A DNA stretch of 64,000 nucleotides from the human T2T-CHM13v2.0 reference genome, Homo sapiens: the NCBI GenBank assembly GCA_009914755.4, contig CP068257.2:16256001-16320000 (forward strand), written 5' to 3'. Of the stretch, positions 17,912 through 30,952 are shown piece after piece (position 1 is the stretch's first letter; the number at the start of each line of letters is the position of its first letter). Below the pieces are notes generated by a model. It saw nothing but the letters and a program-made list of their open reading frames with translations, did no database searches and was not told where the DNA came from. Position numbers and translations under genes: made by a program.

Positions 17912-20338
17912 GACCCTAAACAATGGTATTAGAAGAACTTTCTGGCTGGTGTACACATTGAGGTGCTGGGACGGAGACTGGCCTGGAGGAAGCATGGAAA
18001 CTCTGTGCTCCTCAGCCCTCTATACCTCACCCTATGCATAGGGCAAATAGACGTATCACAATATTACAGATGTGCAGAGTGGTTTCTGATTCCAGGTTGG
18101 AGCCTGACTTACACACTGTGCTGCTCATCTTTGATCTTCATAGGCCTATAATCTAATACTACTTTAGTAATACATATATGGGACCACAAGAACACTTAGC
18201 ACAACCATTCTCTTTAAGTGCCATATTTTGGAGAGCTTCAATTCCAAAGCAAAAGATGTCTATCAAATTTTACAGTTAAAAAAAAAAAGAATGAGGTTTT
18301 GGTAAAGGCAGGAAGATAAATCGAGAATACACATGTGGGAGGGGTTGAAAGTAGGTGTAAGACAAGTGGCCTGCACATTTTGGCGTGAGGAGGGGAAGGA
18401 ACTGGTAGAGATGGTGGGTGGGTCATTGACTGAATGGCCTAGTGGTGGCATCTTCAGGTGAGGCACATATATGAGGAGGAGAGGAGAGTTCTTCCTAAGG
18501 GGCAAGTAAAGAGAAGGTGAATAAAAGGAAGGCTGCTATTCGAGAATGGTGCAGTGGAGAGGAAACAGGAAAAAAAATTGAGGAAGATTTCTCCCATTTA
18601 ATGAAGTACTTCAGTATGTCTAATTGGAAGTATACATTATTAGTGGAAGTCTTTGAAATGAATTCCTCAGCAAAGCCTAAGGTAGTTTAAGAATTTAATC
18701 TCTGTTTTTCCTCTTTCACTCATGGATATGCTTATGTATTATTATCAAGTGGACCAGTTGATTCTCTAGTTGGTTTTGTTGTGACATAAAATGTCTGTTT
18801 AAGTGATCTTTTTACGTGGTAAATATGGTACTTTATAGATTTTTGAAATCTCAACTTTTTCTGTCCTGATATTTGCCTTCATCCTTTTTCCCTTTCCTCT
18901 CTTCAAGAAGCTGTGCTGTTTGTGGTCATTTCCTATAGAGGAATGTGGAGCATGAAGGTTTGGTGAAAACATATATGTTTCCATTCTTTCTCAGGCTTTT
19001 CTTTTCCAGAATGCTAAGCCTCAAAGAGAATAAAAAGCCAGAGCTGAGGTTTTGAGGAGGTTAAAGCTTTTCCAGGCAGAGAGAAAAATTCAGATGAATT
19101 TGTGAAATTTGTGAGTAAAGTGATCTGTGCCTTGCTCCCTAGGAATAACACTGGAGAGATGAGAAGATCCCATCTGCCTCTGTCGCCTGGATGAATCTTG
19201 ACTTACCCGCTGTGCTGCCTGTCTTTGAGCTTATAAGCCTATAACCTAACAATGCTTCAGTCATTAGAGATATACATTCCGGTATATAGGACTATTAAGA
19301 ACGCTTAACCATTCTCCTTAAGTGTCATATTTGGCAATAAATGACCGCATGGCATGTCTAGGTACCTGGTACACCTTAGACAATCATACAGATGTTCTGT
19401 ACCCCCAGCATGGTATGAATGTAGAGTGAGTCTTAATCGCCAGTAGTCTCCCAGAAGCAGCAGAGATTGTGTTGGACCTGAAGGAGCCATGCAGACAGGG
19501 ATGAGGCATGTCTCCTTCAGAGGAGGCAATGGGTATACCAGTGTGTGTCCCCAGGCTCAGATTACACACAGAGCCAGATGGTCTCCTTCTGATGCTTGGA
19601 TACCGCAAATAGCCCCAGAACTTAAATGCAACCTCAGAGGAAAGTGGCAAGGGAGCCCAGATTAACCGAGATTAAGAAAAAGAACCTTATTTTTTTCCAG
19701 TTTATATCCAGATTGTCTCCAAGTCATTTATTACAAATTCATCTTTTTTTCAACTGATTGAAAACAACATCACATGATATACTAAAAATTATTTTATATA
19801 TTTAGGTCTATATTTGGGCTTTCTTTTCTATCCCAGTGAATTATTTATCTATTTTTGAACAGGCACTGTATTTTCTTAATGTTGTAGCTTTATAATATAT
19901 TTTATGACTTGTAGAGCTACTTCCTCCTTGTTACTGTTTTTTTTTTAGATTTTTTAAAATTATTTTTGCTCATATTTTTATAGAAACTTTAAGATTAGCT
20001 TCAGTAGTTCAAATTATTGCTAGTATTTTTACTAGAATCAATTTAAAGTTATGAATTAATGGAGGTTTCCAGCTTTATCATGTTGATTTTTCCTATTCAG
20101 AAACATGGTATGCTTTTTTTATTCGTTCATACCTATTTTTGTTGTTGTTGTTCATTACTAGTGTTACATAGTTTCTTCACATACATTTTGCACATTTCTT
20201 ATTAGGTTTCCTGTGTATAAGTCAGAGTCCCAGCAAGAAAGGTATAGCAAATATTCCAATGGGCTAATGGAGGGGAGTTTGATGAAGGGATTATTTTCAA
20301 AGGTGAGGAAAGGGTTAAGGAGACTCAACAAGGGACAG

Positions 20339-20862
20339 TGTAAAGGCTAATTTTAGGTGTACACTTGACTGCATTAAGTAATATCCAGAGAGCCGGTAAA
20401 GCATTATTTCTGGGTCTATGAGGGCGATTTTGGAAAAGATTGACATTTGAGCCAGCAGACTACGTAAGGAAGATCCACTCTCACTGAATGTGAGCGAGCA
20501 CCATCCAATCAGCTGAGGGCCCAGATAGAACAAAAAGGCAGAAGAAAATCAGATTCACTCTCTCTCTTCTGGAGCTGAAACAACTTTCTTTTCCTGCCAT
20601 AGGACATCAGGACCCCAGGTTCTCTGGTCTTGGGACTCTGAGACTTGCACCAGGAATCCTGCCCAGGCTCTCAGGCCTTTGGACTCAGACTGAGCTACTT
20701 CACTGGCTTTCCTGGTTCTCCAGCTTGAAGATGGCAGATCGTGGGACTTCTCAGCCTCCATAATTGAGTGAGCCAATTCCCTGGTAAGTCCCCTCTCACG
20801 TATTTATATCTATATCCTTATACTATTTGTTCTGTTTCTCTGAAAAACCCTGAAGAACACAG
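20339..20862 (+). mobile_element. MLT2-type (ERVL) solo LTR, near full length (~520 bp)
   Basis: Starts GTGTACACTTGACTG, has AGCACCATCCAATCAGCTGAGGGCCCAGATAGAACAAAAAGGC, GACTTCTCAGCCTCCATAATTGAGTGAGCCAATTCCCTGG and ends TGTTCTGTTTCTCTGAAAAACCCTGAAGAACACAG, matching the MLT2 motif order. Confidence 0.65.
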
Positions 20863-21259
20863 CAGTAAAATAACCTGGGGCTAGCGACCACAGAGAGTAA
20901 CAAGAAGGTGGAAGGAGTGTACCAGACTCTGGAGGGGACACTTGGAAGAGATTCATGCCCTACCCAAGGTGGGGCCATCTGTAGAGGGATGCAGACAACC
21001 CAGGGAAGGACACACCCTGACCTCACTCTTCTCTTGCCATCTGATTACCTGGCAGTGCCTTCTATTGGCCAAACCCAACAGAAGCCAGAGAAGAAAGGTG
21101 ACCATTGATGTGGTTCACAAATGTCTATCTGCTGGGACACAGAGAAGAGTAAAGAGTAGATCTACAGGAGGTAAATGAATGATATTTAGCACACTGCATG
21201 TTTTATCTTTTTGTTAACAGTGTAAAAATGAAGTCTTCTGTTGTCTCTCTCTGATATGC

Positions 21260-21289
21260 GTGTGTGTGTGTGTATGTGTGTGTGTGTGT
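21260..21289. repeat. (TG)n microsatellite
   Basis: GTGTGTGTGTGTGTATGTGTGTGTGTGTGT. Confidence 0.95.
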
Positions 21290-21599
21290 AGTTCTGCCGT
21301 TCTTGAAGCTAAACTCTAAAGGAGGTGATGAACAATTAGACAAGTAGTTATAATAAATGTGCTACTATATGGGAAATAAAAGATCTCATGAAAGTTTTAG
21401 TAGGTAAACCTTGTGAAGTCTGTGGAGTCATAAATGGCTCCTGAAACAAGACAGGTTTAAATAGATATCCTGAGGATAAGGAAGGTGTTAGGCAGATGAA
21501 GAGGCTGATACTGGTGGGGTATGGCAAAGAGAAACTGGGGGTGAGGGGGGTTTTCAAGTTTGATGAGGGGTTGAAATATTTTATTTCATATATTTTATT

Positions 21600-21686
21600 T
21601 TTTACTGTTTACTTGCTCTCTGACCTTGGGTGAATTACCTAACTTTTCTGTGCCACAATTTTCCATCTGTAAAGTAGTTATTATAC
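21600..21686 (+). mobile_element. MIR SINE fragment (5' part), split by the THE1-class insertion
   Basis: CTCTGACCTTGGGTGAATTACCTAACTTTTCTGTGCCACAATTTTCCATCTGTAAAGTAGTTATTATA matches MIR core TGACCTTGGGCAAGTTACTTAACCTCTCTGTGCCTCAGTTTCCTCATCTGTAAAATGGGGATAATAATA. Confidence 0.55.
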
Positions 21687-23976
21687 TGTATTAGTCCGTT
21701 TTCACACTGCTGATAAAGACATGTGTGAGACTGGCCAATTTACAAAAGAAAGAGATTTAATGGACTTACAGTTTCACATGGCGGGGGGTTGAGGGGCTCA
21801 CAATCATGGTGGAAGGCAAGAAGGAGCAAGTCATGTCTTACATGGATGGCAGCAGGCAAAGAAAGAGCTTGTGTAGGGAAACTCCCATTTTTAAAAACAT
21901 CAAATGTCTTGAGATTCAGAACTGCCCCCATAATTTAATCACTTCCCCCCGGGTTCCTCCTAGGACACATGGGAATTGTGGGAGTTGCAATTTAAGATGA
22001 GATATGGGTGGGGACACAGACAAAGCATATCATTCTACCCCAGCCCCTCCCAAATCTCATGTCCTCACATTTTAAAACCAATCATGCCTTCCCAACAGTC
22101 CCCCAAAGGCTTAACTCATTTCAGCATTAACTCAGAAGTCTACAGTCCTAAGTCTTATCTGCGGTAAGGCAAGTCACTTCTGCCTACGAGCCTGTAAAAT
22201 CAAAAGCAGGTTAGTTACTTCCTAGATACAATGGCGGTACAGGAATTGGGTAAATGCAGCCATTCCAAATGGGTGAAATTGACCAAAACGAAGGGGCTAC
22301 AGGCCCCGTGCAAATCAGAAATCCAGCAGGGCAGTCAAATCTTAAGGCCCCAAAATGATCTCCTTTAACTCCATGCCTCACACCCAGGTCATGCTGATGT
22401 GAGAGGTGGGCTCCCATCCCCTTGGGCAGCTCTGCCCCTGTGGCTTTGCAGGGTAAAGTCCCGCTCCTGGCTGCCTTCATGGGCTGGTGTTGAGTGTCTG
22501 CGGCTTTTACAGGTGCGCAGTGCAAGCTGTCAGTGGATCTACCATTCTGGGGTCTGGAGGATGATGGCCCTCTTCTCACAGCTGCACTAGGTGGTGCCCC
22601 CATAGGGACTCTGTGTTGGAGCTCTGACCCCACATTTCCCTTCTGTACTGCCCTAGCAGAGGTTCTCCATGAGCACTCTGCCCCTGCAGCAAACTTCTGC
22701 CCGGGCATCCAGGCATTTCCATACATCCTCTGACATCTAGGCAGAGGTTCTCAAACTTCAATTCTTGACCTCTGTGCACCTGCAGACTCAATACCACGTG
22801 GAAGCTACCAAGGTTTGGGATTCCACCCTCTGAAGCAACAGCCCAAGCTGTTACTTTTAGTCATGGCTGGAGCAGCTGGGACACAGGGCACCAAGTCCCT
22901 AAACTGTACACAGCAGAGGGACCCTAGGTCTGGCCCACGAAACCATTTTTTCCTCCTAAATCTCCAAGCCTATGATAAGAGGGGCTGCCACAAACCACAA
23001 AGGTCTCTGACATGCCCTGGAGACATTTTTCCCACTGTCTCGGGGATTAACATTTGGCTCCTTGTTACTTATGCAAATTTATGCAGCCAGCTTGAATTTC
23101 TCCTCAGAAAATGGGATTTTCTTTTCTATAGCATTGTTAGGCTGCAAATTTTTCAAACTTTTATGCTGTTTCCCTTATAAAACTGAATGATTTTAACAGC
23201 ACCCAAGTCACCTCTTGAATGCTTTGCTGCTTATAAATTTCTTTTGCCAGATACCCTAAATCATCTTTCTCAAGTTCAGAGTCCTGCAAATCTCTAGGGC
23301 AGGGACAAAATGCTGCCAGCCTCTTTGCTAAAACATAACAAGAGTCACCTTTGCTCCAGTTTCCAGCAAGTTCCTCATCTCCATCTGAGATCACCTTAGC
23401 CTGGATTTCATTGTCCATATCATTATCAGCATTTTATTCAAAGCCATTCAACAAGTCTCTAGGGAGTTCCAAACTTTCCCACATTTTTCTGTTTTCTTCT
23501 GAACCCTCCAGACTGTTCCAACCTCTGTCTGTTACCCAGTTCCAAAGTTGCTTCCACATTTTCGGGTATCTTTTCAGCAGCACCCCACTTTACTGGTACC
23601 AATTTACTGTATTATTCAGTTTTCATGCTTCTGATAAAGACATACCCAAGACTGGGCAATTTACAAAAGAAAGAAGTTTAATGGACTTACAGTTTCACAT
23701 AGCTGGGGAGGCCTCACAATTATGGCAGAAGGCAAGGAGGAGCAAGTCATGTCTTACATGGATGGCAGCAGGCAAAGAGAGAGCTTGTGCAGGGAAACTC
23801 TCATTTTTAAAACCATCAAATCTTGTGAGACTCATTCACTATCACAAGAACAGCCCAGAAAAGATCTGCCCCCATAATTTAATCACCTCCCACTGGGTTC
23901 CTCCCATGACATATGAGAATTATGGGAGTTACAATTCAAGATGGGATTTGGGTGGGGACACAGAACAACCATATCA
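21687..23976 (-). mobile_element. Full-length THE1/MST-class MaLR element (two LTRs + ~1.58 kb internal), antisense, 5-bp TSD TATAC
   Basis: LTRs 21687-22032 and 23608-23976 are both the reverse complement of the THE1 consensus (TGTATTAGTCCGTTTTCACACTGCTGATAAAGAC ... GGGTGGGGACACAG...CATATCA), ~90% identical to each other; TATAC at 21682-21686 and 23977-23981. Confidence 0.85.
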
Positions 23977-24090
23977 TATACTAAACTCACAAGTTGTTGT
24001 AAGGATTAAACAAGAAAATACATTTACATTTTTGAGACGGTGCTTGGCAGATAGCACATGCTCAATAAATGGTAGCTATTATTATTAACA
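23977..24090 (+). mobile_element. MIR SINE fragment (3' part), continuing the 21600-21686 piece
   Basis: CACAAGTTGTTGTAAGGATTAAACAAG ... GGCAGATAGCACATGCTCAATAAATGGTAGCTATTATTATT matches the MIR 3' region GGGTTGTTGTGAGGATTAAATGAG...GGCACATAGTAAGCGCTCAATAAATGTTAGCTATTATT. Confidence 0.6.
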
Positions 24091-24410
24091 TTGTATGAGG
24101 ATTAGCTGCAGTCAGTAGAGAGTGAGATCTATCGGAGTAAATACATCTGACTGTATACTGCTAGTGAGGTAGTCAGAGGCCCCACTGAAGACAAAGATAA
24201 GGATCTGAAGAACTGACAGCTTGAGAATAAGTTTTCATATTGTTCCAAGGACAATAAAAAGATGGATTTAATACAGGGAAGTTATATGATCACTTGCCTA
24301 TTTTAGAAAGTTTTGCTGCCACTGTTCATGTCTTGCCTGTTCTTCTACAAGGTACATTTCCAAGCTCCCTTGCAGTTAGGGGCCATATACCTAACTTTTG
24401 GCCAAGGGTT

Positions 24411-24776
24411 TGTATTAGTCTGGACTCACAAGAGAAACAGGACCAATAGGATGGATGGATAGATAGATAGACAGAAACAGATTTATTATAAGAAATTGTT
24501 TCCTGTGATTATAGAGGCTGGGAAGTCCAAAATCTGCAGTGTGAACTGGCAGGCAGAGGCTCAGGAGAGTCTATGATGCCAATGAAATGTGAAGGTAGTT
24601 TGCTGAAGAATTCCCTCTTGCTTGAGGAGGCTGGTCTTTTTGTTCTATTCAGGCCTTCAACTGATCGGATGAGCCTCATCTATATTATGGAGGGCAATCT
24701 TCTTTATGCAAAGTTCACTGTTTTAAATGTTAATGCCATTCAGAAACATCATCTAAGTTAACACATAAAATTAACC
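24411..24776 (-). mobile_element. MLT2-type (ERVL) LTR fragment, antisense
   Basis: TGTATTAGTCTGGACTCACAAGAGAAACAGGACCAATAGG ... GGCTGGGAAGTCCAAAATCTGCAG ... CAACTGATCGGATGAGCCTCATC ... ACACATAAAATTAACC is the reverse complement of the MLT2 3' and 5' motifs. Confidence 0.6.
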
Positions 24777-26155
24777 ACCAAGGGTGTGTTGGGCAGAAGT
24801 GATGTGTGCCCCTTATAGGCAGGGGGTCTAACCCTCTTGTGTACAATCTTCCATGCTTTCTTCCTTTGCTACTTGGCAGGTGAGAGGTACAGTATCTAGA
24901 ATAGGATGTAAACTCTAGGGGGATGAAGGAGCCACTAGGAAGAAGGAAGCAAGTCCTTAAAAGATTAGGTGGAATAGACATTTATCCACCTTTGTCTCTC
25001 ATTGAATTGAGACGTGTGAGAAATAGGCAGATGTTGTGTTAAGCTTTGGGACTTAGGGGTTGTTTATTACAGCAGTTAGTATATCCTGACTGATGAATCA
25101 TTCTGGCAGCAGGGAGGGCAATGTGTTGACACAGGTTAAGGCTACAGTCAGGAAGGCCAGCTAGGAATTTTTGGTACAAGTCCAGGCAAGAGATAATGCT
25201 GAGCTGGACTAGGTTGATGCAGCATGTGGACAGCAGATGTTTAAATTAATCATACTGTGAGTAGTAATAAGCATTTAGTGCTTTACCAAATTATCTCAGT
25301 GAACACTCCAAATTTCTATTTTTTCCAAGAAAAAGAATAAATTGACAGATTGTCCAGATTTATTCCACAATAAAGGAAAGTTATGAAATATGATGCTATT
25401 TCTGGTTTCTTATTTACAGTTAAGTTCATGTTCAACTTAACCAAAAGAATCTTAGGGAAAGTTGAAGTGATAATGCTTAATTAGGAGGTACATGGCAGTA
25501 CAGTTAGAGTGAAGAAAAGAAGAAGTGAGACAGAGAAGTCTAAGAAGCAAATTCAAGGTGATATACCAAGTGGGCCACTGCTTATGGCTCTAAAAAAAAA
25601 AAAACACTGTACCTCAGAACAACCCAACAGATGGAAAATTGTGGGGGAAATTTATCTGTGAGCTCACTCATGTCTCCTGTCTCCTGTTGGCTAAAGGTCA
25701 TTCCAGAGAAAATTTACAACATTGTTCCACTGCTTTAGAGGTGGAGCGAGGCCCAGAGATTCTGGATGTCTGGACAGCCTAGTATGACTTGCTGTGGCTG
25801 CAATTACTACAGAGAAAGCAGCCAATGGCCCACAAAATAGATGAGGCTGAAGAATCAGAGGAGACACTCAAGATGGGTTGATAAATCTGGTTTGGAACTC
25901 ATCAGTGGTAGCTCTGATAAGGTTGTTAGCACACTTATCTATGAAGTACTTTAATTAAATAAAGGGTTATTTAATTGCCCATGTAGTGTGATAGTATTAC
26001 TGCTATTTATGTGGAAATTAAACACAATAACAACAGCAATGTTTTACATTAGATTTCAGGAATGTGGGGTGACATTCCTTATGAGGTCTTAGCTTTAAGT
26101 TTATTCTTTTACTGAATGCACTGAGATGTAGCTCCTAAAGGTTGCGAACTCTGAA

Positions 26156-26600
26156 TATCTGAGACAGGTCTCAGTTAATTTAGAGAGTTTATTTTGCCAA
26201 GTTTGAGGACATGCAGCCGTGACAGCCTCAGGAGTCCTGAAGACACGTGCCCAAGGTGGTCAGAGCACAGCTTGCTTTTATTCATTTTAGGGAGACGGGA
26301 GACATCAGTCAACATATGAAAGATGAACATTGGTTCCTTCTGGAAAAGTGGGACAATTGGAAGCAAAGGTGGGACAACTTCAAGCAGGGAGGGGACTTCC
26401 AGCTCATAGGTAGATAAGAAACAAATGGTTACATTCTTTTGAGTTTCTGATTAGCCCCTCCAAAGAAGGCAATGAGATATGCATTTATCTCAGTGAGCAG
26501 GGGTGGGGGTTGGCTTTGAATAGAATGGGAGGCAGGTTTGCCCTAAGTAGTCCCAGCTTGACTTTTCCCTTTAGCTTAGTGATTTGGGGGCCTCAAGATT
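26156..26600 (+). mobile_element. ERV1 LTR fragment, probably the LTR12 (HERV9) U3 region
   Basis: TGAGACAGGTCTCAGTTAATTTAGAGAGTTTATTTTGCCAAGTTTGAGGACATGC ... CATTTTAGGGAGACGGGAGACATCAGTCAACATATG ... TTTCTGATTAGCCCCTCCAAAGAAGGCAATGAGATATGCATTTATCTCAGTGAGCAGGGG resembles remembered LTR12 internal sequence. Confidence 0.4.
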
Positions 26601-26776
26601 TATTTTCCTTTCACAAGCTTTTCCATTATTTACAGCAGACTTTGTCTTTTTCTGCCTCTTTTTTTTTTTCCTGCCAAAGTCTGCATTATCACCATAAATG
26701 CTGACAACTGCCCTATGAGGTAGGTGTAAGCATGGGCTCAATTTTACAGATTTGTAAAATAAATTAAAAAAAGTAA

Positions 26777-27143
<367 letters not shown>

Positions 27144-28344
27144 AGTTCTTCAGTTTTATACAAGTCCCAAAGGCCAGGAACAAAATACTTGTTCTTAAGT
27201 AGCCCTATAATTTAGAAAAGGTGCCAAACTACTCATGTGGAACTAGAAAGATGGCAACACAAAGATAGCTTTAAACAATCACTTACTTGAGTTTTGAAAC
27301 AGGTTGAAGTCAAAGAAGCTGAGAGTCAGGAATTCTTTGGAGAGTGTTGTTGACATGCTGTTCTTCCCCTCTCCCTTTCTTTGGAAGAGAAGGATGTTGA
27401 GGAACGTGAGGGTCTCTTGGAGTTTGAGGGATAGAGTGTCTGATATTTGGCTCATGCCTGAGGAAGCTAAAGGTGAGAGGCTGTGGCTGGAGGTGCCTCT
27501 GCCCGGTAGCACCATACAAAGTGCTAAACAGGGAGCAAAGGCATGTACACAAGGGGGAGAATAAAAGTAGCATTTCCTGTGAAAGCTGTGTGAATGCAGA
27601 AAAGAGAGCTGGTCAGCATCCTCCGCTGGAGTATAGCTGATGGTGAAGGGACTTGAGGAGAGAAATGGGCAGCCAGAAGCCCAAGGGCCAGCAGGAGGGA
27701 GCAGTAAGTAGCCTGTGGGAGGAGAGGCAGTTGGTGCACTCTAGTGCAAAGGTGTCCGAGGGCTGTCTCCAAAAACCCTTTATTGGAGAATCAGCCTTGG
27801 AGACCGGAGAGAAATGATGTGAGATCACAACTGTGTCACCATGGAGCAGCTGTGCACTTTCCTGCCAACTCCTCTTCCCTGGGCCTGACCTAGCAGGAGA
27901 GGAGGTGAACAAGGAAGAGAAAGGAAGCCAGCTTCATCCTATTTGCCCATTGCAGGCTTCCAAGTCTGAAGCTGGGAGAGAAGAGAAGTTTTAACTTGAA
28001 ATGAGATTGTCATTATACAATTAGTCGGGACTGTTCTGACCTGGACTTTTTATTATCTGAAATCTCTAGACTGAAGGACTTTTTAGCTGAACATAACATA
28101 AAAATCAATAATACATGCTTGATATTGCATTCAGGGTAGAAATTAATAAGTCTACAGAAATAAGTTTTTCTTTTTTGTACATTGTCATCATATCCACCTT
28201 GTAAAACCAAATAGGTGCACTGCTAATCATTCTGTTATATTACCACAGAGCTTGTCCTTATCTGGCTCTGTTAAAAAAATGCTACATAAGAAGACAAAGA
28301 CACCAATCAATGATCACTCATTAAGCCTGTGGTCTGAATTAGTT

Positions 28345-28461
28345 AATACAGTTGGGAATCAGGATTAAGACATTCTAAAGGCAAATATTATAAAAAGAAT
28401 AGTCTGGAACATAAGTCACTGGAAGTTTAGGTTAAAGAGTGCATTAGTGAGCAATCTGGGC
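28345..28461. repeat. Low-copy direct repeat, copy A (117 bp; ~96% identical to 30183-30300)
   Basis: AATACAGTTGGGAATCAGGATTAAGACATTCTAAAGGCAAATATTATAAAAAGAATAGTCTGGAACATAAGTCACTGGAAGTTTAGGTTAAAGAGTGCATTAGTGAGCAATCTGGGC. Confidence 0.85.
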
Positions 28462-29782
28462 AGCCAAGCTCAAGGGAGGGGGCACTAGTGGCCGTGTGGG
28501 GTGGAAGAAAGGAAAGGACACACCCCTGAGGAGAATCCAATCTGCGTATGAGCAGCCTCTGTAAATTCCACCTGATGCGACCTCTAGTGGTCACTCTAGT
28601 ACCATGCTACAGTGTGCATATCCAAAATTGTGACCAGTCCATAACATGAAAGTTGACTCTCAGTTTTCACAGGTTTAAAATTTTAGAACTGTGCAGGCAG
28701 AGAGCTCTTAATACATATTAATGGTTTGATTGCTCAGGTGGAGAATGGGTGAAGATGTATGCACCTGGGCCAGTTTCCTGATAGCTGACTTTCATGCTGA
28801 GTGTAAATTTGGCCACACATTTGAAGTGTCAGAGGGCAAATAGGAAAGAATTAAATAACTCATTGATTTCTCAACTGACCTTTGGCATTATTCATAAAGA
28901 GTACATAGAAGGCTTTGAATAAATGCTTGTTGAATAAATAAACAAGGAGCTACTCCTTATGGAGTTTGCTTTTTCATTGTCATGAATTGGGAGATTTAAA
29001 TTATAGGAACTTAGTATGTTAACATCCACAAATTTTAAATTCGCCTGCGAGTAAAAGGATAAATTTATTTATAATAGATTTGGATGATTCCTATTTTTGT
29101 TATTTTATTCATTACATTTTATACAGGCAATCCAGGACTATAAGTGAGCCACACACTTTCTGAGTTCCTTTGAGTAAATGACTATTCCATGTTGGTTGTC
29201 CAGAAAGGTCAAATAGTGGACCCAATATCTTTTATTGGTTATTTTCAAAGTTTAGTAATGTAGTGATTATAAGTTTCTTTGAGATGTTTATTCTTTTTCT
29301 TTGTTTACTCATGAGGATATAATTTGAGATGTTTAATAGACAATTAGTATTTCAAAACTTATTTTAATTTGTGGTTTAATTAATAGTAATTTAATTAGTT
29401 CCAATAAGCATAATGAGAACATAAAAACTCTAAATTAGTAGGTGTAATGATTCTTGTCTTTCCTCAAGAGGGCAGCAAAACCGCACTGCTCAGTTCTCAA
29501 AGATCAGGATGAAAATCTTAAAAAGCTGATACACAGACAGCTTTCATATTAGTCCAACTAATTAAACATAACATGTGTTGATATTTGTATTGCCATTTTA
29601 CAAAAGTTTAGCTTTTCCTTTATGAAATGAAAAAAAAATCTACTTCTTTGTCTTAGGTTAGACAACAGAATTATACTTGCCTAGGGTCTCAACACACATT
29701 GTTTACACAAGGACAAATGATTAAGTAAGCTACTGAGGGTAACAAATAAATAAGGTGGTTTTTTTTTTTTTTTTTCCTGAAG

Positions 29783-30156
29783 TGTATTAGTCCATTCTCA
29801 TACTTCTATGAAGAAATACCTGAGATTGGATAGTTTATAAAGGAAAGAAGTTTAATTAACTCACAGTTCCTCATTGCTGGGGAGGCCTCAGGAAACTTAT
29901 AATCATGGCAGAAGGCAAAGGAGAAGCAAACACCTTCTTCACAGGGCCTCAGCATGGAGAGATGCAAGCAGGGGAAATGCCAGATGGTGATAAAACTATC
30001 AGATCTTGTGATACTCACTCACTGTCACGAGAACAACATGACAGAAACCGCCCCCACGATTCATTTACCTCCACCTGGTCCCGCCCTTGACACGTGGATT
30101 ATAGGGATTACAATTCAAGATGAGATTTTGGGTGGGGACACAGCCAAACCATATCA
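29783..30156 (-). mobile_element. MST/THE1-type MaLR solo LTR, antisense
   Basis: TGTATTAGTCCATTCTCATACTTCTATGAAGAAATACCTGAGATTGG ... GCTGGGGAGGCCTCAGGAAACTTATAATCATGGCAGAAGGCAAAGGAG ... GGGTGGGGACACAGCCAAACCATATCA. Confidence 0.8.
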
Positions 30157-30182
30157 CCAAGTTACTAAAGTGATCGTACTTG

Positions 30183-30300
30183 AATACAGTTGGGAATCAG
30201 GATTAAGACTTTCTAAAGGCAAATATTATAAAAAGAATACTCTGGAACATAAGTCACTGGGAAGTTTAGGATAAAGAGTGCATTAGTGGGCAATCTGGGC
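30183..30300. repeat. Low-copy direct repeat, copy B (118 bp), 26 bp downstream of the MST LTR
   Basis: Same sequence as 28345-28461 with 4 substitutions and 1 single-base indel. Confidence 0.85.
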
Positions 30301-30354
30301 CATTTTGGAAATTGCCTTTCTATAATCTATCCTAGGTAGAAAGACCTTTTAAAT

Positions 30355-30604
30355 ACACAGACACACACACACACACGCACACACACACAGACATACACAC
30401 ATATGTGTATGCATATATGTATATGTATGCATATATGTGTATATGTATGTATATGTATATCTGTGTGTATGTATGTATATCTGTGTGTATGTATATATGT
30501 ATATATGTATATATATGTATATATGTATATATGTATATATATGTATATATGTATATATGTATATATATGTATATGTATGTATGTGTGTGTGTATATATAT
30601 ATAT
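30355..30604. repeat. Compound microsatellite (CA)n-(TATG/TATATG)n-(TG)n-(TA)n, ~250 bp
   Basis: ACACAGACACACACACACACGCACACACACACAG ... TATGTATATATGTATATATATGTATATATGTATATATG ... GTGTGTGTGTATATATATATA. Confidence 0.95.
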
Positions 30605-30952
30605 CCCAGAGTTGAAGAAAACTTGAATATTGGCTCCAGAAAAATAGGGAAATGAGAGGGAGTTGAATATACCCCTGCCCACACGTATAGAATGGAATTT
30701 GGGCATTTCCTAGGCAGATTATAGATGAGGTTTGTCTTTAGCGCTTATAACATTGTCTTTGATATCCTCTCTGTTCCTGGCTTGCTACGTGCTGTTCTTA
30801 TATTTAGAAGGTGGTCATATGGTCCTGACAGTTGTTGCCTAATAGTGGTTCAAAACATTTCTTTTCTGTGGTATATTTGCATTTAATAGAGGACAGGAGA
30901 AGGCTGGAAGATTTTCAAGGCATAAAGGAATGGACTATAATGGATCCTCAGA

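Noticed and set aside
22211-24088. 171-aa (minus) and 245-aa (plus) ORFs
   Set aside because: They lie inside the THE1-class element (internal region and antisense LTR). They have no recognisable protein family and low-complexity composition.
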